From contig JAZRGT010000010.1 in NCBI GenBank assembly GCA_045644325.1, positions 48,596 through 112,595 of the forward strand: DNA of 64,000 bases, in the 5' to 3' direction. The notes under the pieces were generated by a model, which saw nothing but the letters and a program-made list of their open reading frames with translations, made no database searches and was not told where the DNA came from. Position numbers and translations under genes: made by a program. Positions 18,507-27,180 of the stretch are shown in pieces. Every line of letters starts with the position of its first letter. The first letter of the stretch is position 1. This DNA comes from Eubacteriales bacterium. GTDB taxonomy: Bacteria > Bacillota > Clostridia > Oscillospirales > CAG-272.

Positions 18507-18594
18507 CTTGTACGCTATTGACAAACGATAAATTTTGTGATATAATATTTAAATATAAATTATAAAACAAGAAAAGGAGAAACATTTTATTTCC

Positions 18595-19629
18595 ATGGAA
18601 GGCGACAGTTTATTGTTGATCGGCTTATTTGTACTGTGCTTAATTTTCAGTGCTTACTTTTCTGCTTCTGAGAGCAGCTTTGCTCGTATGAACAAGATTC
18701 GCATGAAGAACCGTGCGGATGACGGAGATAAGAAAGCCAAAAACGCTATGTACATTTCAAACAATCACGATAAAGCACTCACCGCAATTTTGATTGGTAA
18801 CAATATAGTAAATATCGGTGCGGCTTCTATCGCAACTCTGCTTATGAGTAAATGGCTGACCGACATTGACCCCGACACCGTTACCCTGCTCACCACAGTC
18901 ATCACAACCGTAATCGTATTTGTTTTCGGCGAGATGACACCCAAAACCTTCGCAAACGACAAGCCCGATACGATGGCTCGATTCAGCGCAGGAATTCTTC
19001 GTGCGATTATGACCATTCTCAAGCCTCTCGTATTCCTCTTCAACCTTATATCAACTGCAGCTTCGAAACTCTTTAAAGGCGAGGATATCCCCTCCATTTC
19101 GGAAGAAGACCTCATTGAGATCATTGAAAAAGCAGAAGAACAAGGCGTCGTTGATGAGGATCAATCTGACCTTCTCCTCTCTGTTCTTGACTTTCAGGAT
19201 AAGACAGCTGCGGACGTTATGACCCCCAGAGAAAAGATCGATTCGGTTGACATTAATATGTCTGCTAAGGAGATCATTGAAATTCTCAAGAATACATCTT
19301 ATTCCAGAATGCCCGTTACCAACGGAAGCATCGACCACATTATCGGAATTATGTCCACCCGTACCTATCTCAAGGAATATATGGCGAACAAGAATTTCGA
19401 TCTACGTTCAACACTGAGCAAACCGCATTACGTCAGAACTACCGACGGGATCCACGATTTGCTCGACAATATGCGTAATCACAAAAAATACATAGCGATC
19501 GTTCGTGACGAATCCAACAAAGTCAGCGGTCTCGTAACAATTGAGGACTTCCTCGAAGAGCTTGTTGGCGAGATTTGGGACGAAGACGACGTCAAGAAGC
19601 CTGCGTCTGCTTCGGAGGTGACAAAATGA
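18595..19629 (+). CDS. CNNM/HlyC-CorC family transporter-like protein (DUF21 + CBS pair, no CorC_HlyC domain)
   Basis: Four-TM DUF21 N-terminus (GEMTPKT), then a CBS pair (ADVMTPRE...VTIEDFLEELVGEIWDE). It ends right after the CBS pair. Confidence 0.75.
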   Translation: MEGDSLLLIGLFVLCLIFSAYFSASESSFARMNKIRMKNRADDGDKKAKNAMYISNNHDKALTAILIGNNIVNIGAASIATLLMSKWLTDIDPDTVTLLTTVITTVIVFVFGEMTPKTFANDKPDTMARFSAGILRAIMTILKPLVFLFNLISTAASKLFKGEDIPSISEEDLIEIIEKAEEQGVVDEDQSDLLLSVLDFQDKTAADVMTPREKIDSVDINMSAKEIIEILKNTSYSRMPVTNGSIDHIIGIMSTRTYLKEYMANKNFDLRSTLSKPHYVRTTDGIHDLLDNMRNHKKYIAIVRDESNKVSGLVTIEDFLEELVGEIWDEDDVKKPASASEVTK

Positions 19630-20936
19630 TCGCACTTTATATAATTATAATTTTCATAATGGTCGTGTTATCGGCTTGCTTCTCGGGAACCGAGGCGGCA
19701 TTTAACTCGGTCAACAATATGCATCTTCGCCGCGAGGCTGAAGAAAAAGGTGCATCTTCCGCAAAGCTCGCTTATAAAATCAGTCAAAATTTTGCAGATG
19801 CGCTGTGTACCATTCTTATCGGAAACAATCTTGTAAATATTGCGGCATCTGCTTGCGCTACGGTAATTTTCGTTGATCTTTTCATCAATGTGTTGAAGAT
19901 GGAAAAGAGCACCGGCGAGGCACTTGCTTCTGCCGTTTCCACCGCCGTGCTTACGATCATCGTTCTAATCTTTGGTGAGATCATACCCAAAATCCTTGCA
20001 AAACAGCACGCAAACAGTATAAGTAAAACGGTAGCTTGGCCTCTGCAAATATTAACTTACGTTCTCTTCCCTATCGTATTTATTGTAATGCTTCTTATGA
20101 ATCTGTTGCGTAAATTTTGGGGAAAGGATTCGGATGATGCCCCGGAAATCACAGAGGATGAGCTATCTTCCATAATCGATACTGTTGAAAAAGAAGGCGT
20201 AATTGACGAGGACCAGAGCGATCTGCTTCAATCGTCACTTGAATTTTCAGATACGACCGTTGAAGAAATTATGACGCCCAGAACAGAGCTTGTTACCATA
20301 GATCTTGATGACAACATCGGCTATATCAAAAAGATTATCAACAAATCCACCTACTCCCGTCTACCCGTATATCGCGACAGTATAGACGATATTCTTGGAA
20401 TTCTCCATTTGAATATTTACTACAAGCAAGCTGTTGATTGCGATAAGATTGATATCGAATCTATGCTTCTTGAAACCTGCTATATGCATAAGACGTTAAA
20501 ATTGCCTGCGGCGCTCAAGATGCTTCGTGAAAAGCAAGTCCATATGGCGATTGTTATCGATGAATTCGGTGGAACTCTCGGTGTAGTTACCATTGAAGAT
20601 ATTCTTGAGGAAATTGTTGGTGACATCTGGGATGAATCCGATGAAATCGTTTCGGAAATTGTAGAAAAGTCCCCCAATCAATATGAAATTCTCGGTGAAA
20701 TGAGCATAGGCGACCTATTCTACGAGCTCGATTTTCATCCAAAGGATTTCGAATGTGAATATTCAACAGTTGGAGGTTGGGCGATTCAAAGTCTTGAAGC
20801 TGAGCCTCACGTCGGAGACAAATTCACTTATGAGCATCTTGAAATCGAAGTTACCGAAATGGAAGACGACATACTTGTAACCAAGCTTAAGGTTACCGTC
20901 GGCGAGATCAGTGACGACGAAGACGAAGATGAATAA
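19626..20936 (+). CDS. CNNM/HlyC-CorC family transporter-like protein (DUF21 + CBS pair + CorC_HlyC)
   Basis: Same architecture (GEIIPKI; VEEIMTPRT; VTIEDILEEIVGDIWDE) plus a C-terminal transporter-associated domain. ATG 19626 overlaps the upstream stop (ATGA). Confidence 0.75.
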   Translation: MIALYIIIIFIMVVLSACFSGTEAAFNSVNNMHLRREAEEKGASSAKLAYKISQNFADALCTILIGNNLVNIAASACATVIFVDLFINVLKMEKSTGEALASAVSTAVLTIIVLIFGEIIPKILAKQHANSISKTVAWPLQILTYVLFPIVFIVMLLMNLLRKFWGKDSDDAPEITEDELSSIIDTVEKEGVIDEDQSDLLQSSLEFSDTTVEEIMTPRTELVTIDLDDNIGYIKKIINKSTYSRLPVYRDSIDDILGILHLNIYYKQAVDCDKIDIESMLLETCYMHKTLKLPAALKMLREKQVHMAIVIDEFGGTLGVVTIEDILEEIVGDIWDESDEIVSEIVEKSPNQYEILGEMSIGDLFYELDFHPKDFECEYSTVGGWAIQSLEAEPHVGDKFTYEHLEIEVTEMEDDILVTKLKVTVGEISDDEDEDE

Positions 20937-20940
20937 TCCA

Positions 20941-20975
20941 TAACAGCCGTCGGCTTTTTACCGACGGCTGTTATT
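20941..20975. terminator. bidirectional terminator
   Basis: 12-bp stem aacagccgtcgg/ccgacggctgtt between convergent genes. Confidence 0.7.
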
Positions 20976-21462
20976 ATATCTTTGAAAGTTTTCTTTTAGC
21001 ACACGTCAGCAGCTCAACGGTTCCGTTATTATATATTGCTTGACAAGGGTTACCGTCGCTATTTATCAGAGCCGCACCTTTCCTTACCCCAAGAAGCTTC
21101 GGAGGTATAATCATATCATCGCGGAAAACGGCAGTATCAATTTTATGTGACAGTAATCTCCCTCCCGCTTCAAGCGTTACTGTTATTAAATATGAAAATA
21201 TATGCTCCGATGAATAAGTCTCCTTGATATCGAGCTTATACGAAAATTTGCCAAACGGAGTTCCTTTGTTGCAGGCGGAAATATAACTATCCTTTATTTC
21301 TTCATATAAAACCGTACCTGCAAATTTATAACATTCAGAAGCGTATTGATTCAGATAATCATACTTTGTGCCAAGGCATTCCTCCGGGAAATCAATTACC
21401 ATCGTATAAATGATTTTGCCGTCAAAGGCGCACATCGTGTACCGTTTTCGATTAAAATGCAT
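20974..21462 (-). CDS. hypothetical protein
   Basis: ORF with no recognised motif. Start trimmed to ATG 21462 (GGAG 6 nt upstream); the track start is a TTG without an RBS. Confidence 0.4.
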   Translation of the reverse strand: MHFNRKRYTMCAFDGKIIYTMVIDFPEECLGTKYDYLNQYASECYKFAGTVLYEEIKDSYISACNKGTPFGKFSYKLDIKETYSSEHIFSYLITVTLEAGGRLLSHKIDTAVFRDDMIIPPKLLGVRKGAALINSDGNPCQAIYNNGTVELLTCAKRKLSKI

Positions 21463-21519
21463 AAAAATCTCCGCTGATTCTTGATACAAAAATGTATTCA
21501 AGCTCAGCGGAGATTATGA

Positions 21520-22626
21520 TTAAAACTCTAACGTATCCTCACCGTGAATATCGCCGTTCGAATCTATAAATTTGACCTTACATATATTCTTTTCAAATAC
21601 GAGAGAGCCGCACACGATGTTCTCTTCTCCCTTGAAAGGTTTGGAGGCGGTGACAACGTGACAAGGCTGTCCCTGAGCTTTTGATTCCTCAGTTTGCTTG
21701 TAAATCGAGCAATTATGCACGTGACCGCAAAGCATCATATCGGGCTTAACGTTATCACTTAAAAGCTTGCACCAGTAAGCATACCTATCCTCTTCAATAT
21801 TGAAAGGCGGATTAAAATGTCTGTTAAAGGGTATATGAGAAATGACCATCTTATATTTGACATCATCTGCATTATATTCCTTGTCAGCATCCTTGATAAC
21901 GCTTTCGATATATTTAGTCTGACGCTCACGGAAGTTTGCGCAGCAAATGGTATGTCCGTATTCGGGATTCGTATCAGGCTTATCCTCTGCGCAGTCAAGG
22001 ACTAATGCCCAAATCGGTCCGACCTTTACCGAGAAATAAGATCTGCCATTGTCGGTAGGAGTATGATCCTGGATAAATTCTGCGTAGATTCCTCTCATGT
22101 CGTGGTTGCCTCTCGAGAAGATTACGGGATATTCGCCCTTTGTTATTTCGCCCGCGATACAGTGAATTGCCGCAAAATATTCGATCTTTCCCGAATGATT
22201 GGGAATGTCACCGTTCAGAATAAGCAGATCATGCTCTCCGTCAGCCTTTGCTGCGTTTACGGGACCTTCGATTCTGTTATGGGCATCCGCAATATGAAAA
22301 ATGCGAACGGTATCGCCCTCTACGGGTCTGAATTTCGCAGAGTATTCTCCAACATCCTCGAGCTCGGAAAAATAAGGCTTACGCTCGATTACCTTTCTGA
22401 AATAAACCGTGTATTCCTTGAAGAAATCAAGCTCGGAAGCAGGTACTTCTATTTTATGAGTAAGAGAAGAAGTGCGAAGAATACCGTTGGAATCATCAAA
22501 ATATTCATTATCTCCTATCTTAACCCACATAGTACAAGGCTCGTTAACAGCAACGATTATAACGTATCTGTCTCTTACCGCGTACACGGCAGGATATGTT
22601 TTAAAAATTTCAGGATAATTTTTCAT
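21520..22626 (-). CDS. metallophosphoesterase (calcineurin-like) with N-terminal beta-sandwich domain
   Basis: Motifs HIADAHN, LNGDIPNH, GNHD and GHVHN in canonical order. GGAGG RBS. Confidence 0.8.
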   Translation of the reverse strand: MKNYPEIFKTYPAVYAVRDRYVIIVAVNEPCTMWVKIGDNEYFDDSNGILRTSSLTHKIEVPASELDFFKEYTVYFRKVIERKPYFSELEDVGEYSAKFRPVEGDTVRIFHIADAHNRIEGPVNAAKADGEHDLLILNGDIPNHSGKIEYFAAIHCIAGEITKGEYPVIFSRGNHDMRGIYAEFIQDHTPTDNGRSYFSVKVGPIWALVLDCAEDKPDTNPEYGHTICCANFRERQTKYIESVIKDADKEYNADDVKYKMVISHIPFNRHFNPPFNIEEDRYAYWCKLLSDNVKPDMMLCGHVHNCSIYKQTEESKAQGQPCHVVTASKPFKGEENIVCGSLVFEKNICKVKFIDSNGDIHGEDTLEF

Positions 22627-22744
22627 GATAACCTCCGAATGTTTTTTATAAGTATAGCATTCATTTGATAAAAAGTCAAGATTTGTATTGACAAAAAATT
22701 AAATTAGTGATAAAATTATAAAAAATCCAATAGGGTGTGATATT

Positions 22745-23698
22745 TTGATTTTCATTTACGTTACCGCCGCCGTCATCTTGACGGTTACGTTGGCTTCGAT
22801 TGTATTTGCCAATGTTGTGTTTCAGCTTTGCTTTACACGCGCCCGTGACCCTGAAGGAAACGTCGAAAGAGGTATTCAACATATTGAAAAAAGCGGAGGC
22901 AACGGTGCTGCGATCCGCGAAGGACGCGAATGGATGTTTTCGCAAAACGTCGAGCACCATTATATTACTTCGCGAGACGGATTACGTTTACACGGTTTTC
23001 TGATTCCCAATACCAATACAGAAAAGAAAAGAATGGCTGTTCTCGTCCACGGCTATCAAGGTTCTCCTGCGTTTGACTTCTCTGCCGCGGCACGTTACTA
23101 TTACGATAATGGCTTTGCACTTTTCCTGCCAGACCAAAGAACACATGGCGATAGTGAAGGAAAGTACATCACCTTCGGCGCTTACGAGCGTTACGATGTT
23201 GTCGACTGGTGCAAATATCTTGACTCCTATACTTCCCATCAATATGAGTTCATTTTAAGCGGAGTTTCTATGGGAGCCACCACGGTACTTCTCGCCGCGG
23301 CTGAACCGGATATGATAAAGCTCAATTACATTACTGCTGACTGCGGCTTTACAGATCCCAAGCGTATCTTTACTCACGTATTCAAGCAGTGGTATCATCT
23401 TCCGGTTTTTCCGATATTGAATTTTGCAAGACTGTTATGCAAGAATAAAGCCAAATTCTCTTTCGATGAATTTTCTACGACTCAAGCTGTTAAAAATCTT
23501 CGCGCACCTATAACCTTTATTCACGGTGAGGCAGATGACTTTGTTCCCCCGGATAACTCAATTGATAATTACAACGAATGCACATCGGAAAAGCAATTAA
23601 TTACCATACCCGATGCCGCACATGGAGTATCTTATATTAAAGATCCCGTTCGAGTTCAACAAGAGCTACAAAGAATTTTTGATAACTATTTCTCATAA
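22745..23698 (+). CDS. alpha/beta hydrolase with N-terminal TM anchor
   Basis: Nucleophile elbow GVSMGA, acid HGEADDFVP and His AAHG. TTG start as in the track. Confidence 0.7.
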   Translation: MIFIYVTAAVILTVTLASIVFANVVFQLCFTRARDPEGNVERGIQHIEKSGGNGAAIREGREWMFSQNVEHHYITSRDGLRLHGFLIPNTNTEKKRMAVLVHGYQGSPAFDFSAAARYYYDNGFALFLPDQRTHGDSEGKYITFGAYERYDVVDWCKYLDSYTSHQYEFILSGVSMGATTVLLAAAEPDMIKLNYITADCGFTDPKRIFTHVFKQWYHLPVFPILNFARLLCKNKAKFSFDEFSTTQAVKNLRAPITFIHGEADDFVPPDNSIDNYNECTSEKQLITIPDAAHGVSYIKDPVRVQQELQRIFDNYFS

Positions 23699-23732
23699 TA
23701 AAAGCGGCTGCCGAATCGCAGCCGCTTTATTG
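23699..23732. terminator. bidirectional terminator
   Basis: Stem aaagcggctgc/gcagccgcttt between convergent genes. Confidence 0.7.
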
Positions 23733-23736
23733 TTAA

Positions 23737-24966
23737 TCAGAAAGCCCAGTTTCCGTCTCTGAAGATCGGTACTGTTTTTCCATCGTTACAAATTGCATCA
23801 ATAGAAAGATCCTCTGATCCGATCATAAAATCAACGTGAATCATCGAATCGTTTACGCCCATTTCTCTGCACTCGTCAAGAGTATAATTACCGTAATCCT
23901 TAACACAGTTTGCAAATCCCATACCGAGCGCAAGATGGCAGCAAGCGTTCTCATCGAAGAGAGTGTTATAGAAGGTAAGGCCTGAATTTCTGATAGGAGA
24001 ATCATAGGGAACAAGGGCGACCTCACCAAGATACGCAGCTCCTTCATCCATTGAAATCATTTGCTTAAGAAGGTCCTCGTTCTTTTCCGCGTGTGCCTCG
24101 ACAGCCTTTCCGCCTTCAAAGCGAATGCTGAAATTTTCGATAAGCTCGCCTCTGAAGGAAAGGGGGCGGGTTGCTACAACGGTGCCTTCTGCAAGACCTC
24201 TCATAGGAGTTGTAAAGCACTCCTCGGAAGGAATGTTGGGATTAAACTCAATGCCGGAACCGAGCGCATCCTCGCTGCCGCCAAGGAAAGTTCCGTTCTT
24301 CATCATACCTACAGTAAAATCAGTTCCGTTTGCGGATTTGAAGTGAAGTTCCTTTATGCCGAGAGAATCAAGGTAGTTGCATCTGCTCTTGAGATCAGCA
24401 TTGTGCTTGATCCAGGCAAGAATAGGGTCTGCGCCGTCAGCTCTTGATGTATAAAGAATAGCTTCCCAAAGCTTTTCAATAGCTTTATTTTTGGTTTCGC
24501 CGGGGAACATCTTCTTTGCCCACTTTTCGCCGGGAATAGCGGCGATACACCACTGATACTTGTTTTCCAGCTTGTCGCGGTAGGGCTTGATTATGGGATA
24601 GATCGCCTGCTGAGACTTTGCAAGCTTTTCCTGATTGATTCCGGCGAGTCCATCGGGATCTTCGGATTCAACGTAGATCATAACGGGAAGCACATCACAG
24701 CGGTGCGCAAGCTTTGAAACCTCCCACTCTTCCATTTTAGAAAGAGTTTTAAGGCTGCGGTATCTATAATTTACCTTAGTCAGCGGCTGATAAGACCACT
24801 CAACCATTACCTTCGCCGCTCCCGCACGATAACATTCCTCTGCAAGCATCTTAACGAATTCGGGATTTTCAACCGAAGCGTTGATGATTACCTCCTGGCC
24901 TTTCTGAACGTTTGCGCCTTTGACGGCGATCAGTTTTGCATATTGTCTGATGACTGTTTTTTTCAT
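23737..24966 (-). CDS. aminopeptidase, M29 (AmpS/PepS) family
   Basis: About 409 aa. N-terminal IRQYAKLIAVKGANVQKGQEV and C-terminal CHLALGMGF...IHVDFMIGS are typical of M29. Start set to ATG 24966 behind GAGGTG. Confidence 0.75.
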   Translation of the reverse strand: MKKTVIRQYAKLIAVKGANVQKGQEVIINASVENPEFVKMLAEECYRAGAAKVMVEWSYQPLTKVNYRYRSLKTLSKMEEWEVSKLAHRCDVLPVMIYVESEDPDGLAGINQEKLAKSQQAIYPIIKPYRDKLENKYQWCIAAIPGEKWAKKMFPGETKNKAIEKLWEAILYTSRADGADPILAWIKHNADLKSRCNYLDSLGIKELHFKSANGTDFTVGMMKNGTFLGGSEDALGSGIEFNPNIPSEECFTTPMRGLAEGTVVATRPLSFRGELIENFSIRFEGGKAVEAHAEKNEDLLKQMISMDEGAAYLGEVALVPYDSPIRNSGLTFYNTLFDENACCHLALGMGFANCVKDYGNYTLDECREMGVNDSMIHVDFMIGSEDLSIDAICNDGKTVPIFRDGNWAF

Positions 24967-25137
24967 TTTACACCTCAATGGAATTTTGTTCATACGAGAT
25001 TATAGCACATTTTCGGTATAATTGCAAGTAATAAGATAATATTTTTCTCAAAATGAAAAGATTGTTATGTTTTTAACTTGAATAATTTTCAATTATATTG
25101 TATAATATGCTTAATGACAATTTTGGAGGTATTCCTT

Positions 25138-26001
25138 ATGAAATTATGCGGAATGACGCTTTTATACAGAGATATTCGCGGTTCTCAAGAAAAGCAGCCT
25201 ATTTCCGACGCTATACGCAGGCTTGCGGCGATTGGATACGATGCGGCGGACGCCAATCTCGTAATGATCTGCAACAAGACCTTAAGACTCCACGAGGACG
25301 ATTGGAAATATGAGGCTGAAAAGATCGCACTTGCTTCAGAAGAAACAGGAATCGAGATCGCACAGTGTCATCTTCCATTCAAGGGCAAAAGAGTCAAATG
25401 CCACACTCCCGAGGATCTTGAATTTTATTACGAAATGATGTACCGTGCTATTGACGTTGCATCCTTCCTCAATATCCCATGGGGTGTTTTCCATCCCGAA
25501 ACGCTTCGCGGAAGGGATCTTACTGACGAGGAGTGCGCAAAGATCAACCACGAAACGAATGACAAATATATTGAATACGCACTAAGCAAAAATTTGAATA
25601 TCGCGTATGAAAATATGACACTCGGCAAGTGCGCGGGTTATTGCACTTACGTTGAACAGCTGATACATCTGATCGATTCATACAATGACAGCAGAATCGG
25701 GGCTTGCTGGGATACCGGACACGCAAACATGGTCTACGATGATCAGTACGAGCCGCTTTTGAAGCTCGGTCACCGACTTCACTGCACTCATTTGAATGAC
25801 AATCTCGGCGCAGATGATCTCCATCTCGCACCCTTCTCCGGTACAGTCAAATGGGAGTCAGTAATGAAGGCTCTTCGAGATATTAATTATCCGGGAGCGC
25901 TGAATCTTGAAATCGGTCTTAACAATCAATCCCCTGATAGCCTCAAGGACGCAGGTGCAAAATATGCACTCGAAACGCTCCGCACATTAGTTAACTTATA
26001 A
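25138..26001 (+). CDS. sugar phosphate isomerase/epimerase (xylose-isomerase-like TIM barrel)
   Basis: Metal-site motifs YEN, WDTGHAN, HLNDN and LE. Start at ATG 25138 behind GGAGG. Confidence 0.7.
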   Translation: MKLCGMTLLYRDIRGSQEKQPISDAIRRLAAIGYDAADANLVMICNKTLRLHEDDWKYEAEKIALASEETGIEIAQCHLPFKGKRVKCHTPEDLEFYYEMMYRAIDVASFLNIPWGVFHPETLRGRDLTDEECAKINHETNDKYIEYALSKNLNIAYENMTLGKCAGYCTYVEQLIHLIDSYNDSRIGACWDTGHANMVYDDQYEPLLKLGHRLHCTHLNDNLGADDLHLAPFSGTVKWESVMKALRDINYPGALNLEIGLNNQSPDSLKDAGAKYALETLRTLVNL

Positions 26002-26005
26002 AGAT

Positions 26006-27139
26006 ATGAAATTCACTTATGTAGCAACCTGCATGTTTGGTCTCGAGAAGCTCCTCGGCGAAGAGATAGATGCCCTCGGACTTAAAAGAACCTTTACGAT
26101 GGACGGCAGAGTTTTCTTCACAGGAGACGCCGTTGACTGCGCAAGAGCAAATATCAATTTAAGAGTCGCCGAACGAGTATATATTCTCGCAGGCGAGCCA
26201 TTCACCGCCACTACCTTTGACGAGCTTTTTGAAAAGTGCAAACTCATAGAGTGGGAGAATTTCATTCCCCAATCAGCAGCATTCCCGGTGTCAGGTCATT
26301 CGATAAAGAGCACTCTTGCTTCCATACCCAACTGCCAGAAGATACTTAAAAAATCAATCGCAGTAAGACTTGGTGAAAAATACGGTCTTATCAGAATGCC
26401 CGAAGACGGTCAGCTTACGAAAATTGAATTCTTCATCTTCAAAGATACTGTTTATATGATGATCGACACGTCGGGCGTTGCGCTTCACAAACGTGGATAC
26501 AGACCCGTAGCTAATGCTGCTCCTCTCAGGGAAACTCTTGCCGCTGCAATGGCGCTCACCGCTCGTATAAGGCCCGATATCTTCCTCTGGGACCCTTTCT
26601 GCGGTTCGGGTACGATTGCAATAGAAGGCGCCTTAATTGCAACACGGCGTGCTCCCGGACTTCACAGAAGCTTCTCGGGAGAGGACCTTTCATTCATTGA
26701 CAAAGAATGTTGGGTGGATGCACGGAATGAAGCCAACGCTAACGTAATCTCTGATTCTGCTTACCGCGGCTTCGGATCGGATATAAACCCGGAATGTATT
26801 GAAACCGCAATTTCAAATGCAGACAGAGCGGGTGTAGGAAAGCATATCAAATTTTTTACTGCTGACGCGCAAAAGATCTCAAAGCCTTCTTTCGATTGCA
26901 AGGGAACTCTGATCTGCAATCCTCCCTACGGCGAGAGAATGATGAGCATGCGCGATGCGGAGGAGCTTTACCGTAACATCGGCAAATGCTTTGCCGAAAT
27001 GTCACCGTGGCAAATTTACGTTCTGACTTCTTGCGAATATTTCGAGCGCCTTTACGGCAGAAAAGCCGATAGAGTCAGAAAGCTCTACAACGGAACGATC
27101 CCTTCATTCTTATATCAGTTCTACAAGCCTCAAAGATAA
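26006..27139 (+). CDS. THUMP-domain class I SAM-dependent RNA methyltransferase
   Basis: N-terminal THUMP-like region, motif I DPFCGSGTI and motif IV NPPYGERM. Confidence 0.8.
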   Translation: MKFTYVATCMFGLEKLLGEEIDALGLKRTFTMDGRVFFTGDAVDCARANINLRVAERVYILAGEPFTATTFDELFEKCKLIEWENFIPQSAAFPVSGHSIKSTLASIPNCQKILKKSIAVRLGEKYGLIRMPEDGQLTKIEFFIFKDTVYMMIDTSGVALHKRGYRPVANAAPLRETLAAAMALTARIRPDIFLWDPFCGSGTIAIEGALIATRRAPGLHRSFSGEDLSFIDKECWVDARNEANANVISDSAYRGFGSDINPECIETAISNADRAGVGKHIKFFTADAQKISKPSFDCKGTLICNPPYGERMMSMRDAEELYRNIGKCFAEMSPWQIYVLTSCEYFERLYGRKADRVRKLYNGTIPSFLYQFYKPQR

Positions 27140-27144
27140 TATCA

Positions 27145-27180
27145 AAGCCTCCCGAATAAATTCGGGAGGCTTGATTTTTA
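27145..27180. terminator. bidirectional terminator
   Basis: 12-bp stem aagcctcccgaa/ttcgggaggctt plus a T-run. Confidence 0.75.

Noticed and set aside
20974-22626. The metallophosphoesterase + small hypothetical gene pair as a possible defence module
   Set aside because: The phosphoesterase looks like an ordinary purple-acid-phosphatase-like enzyme. No nuclease, ATPase, TIR or other defence-associated domain is present, and there is no mobile-element context.
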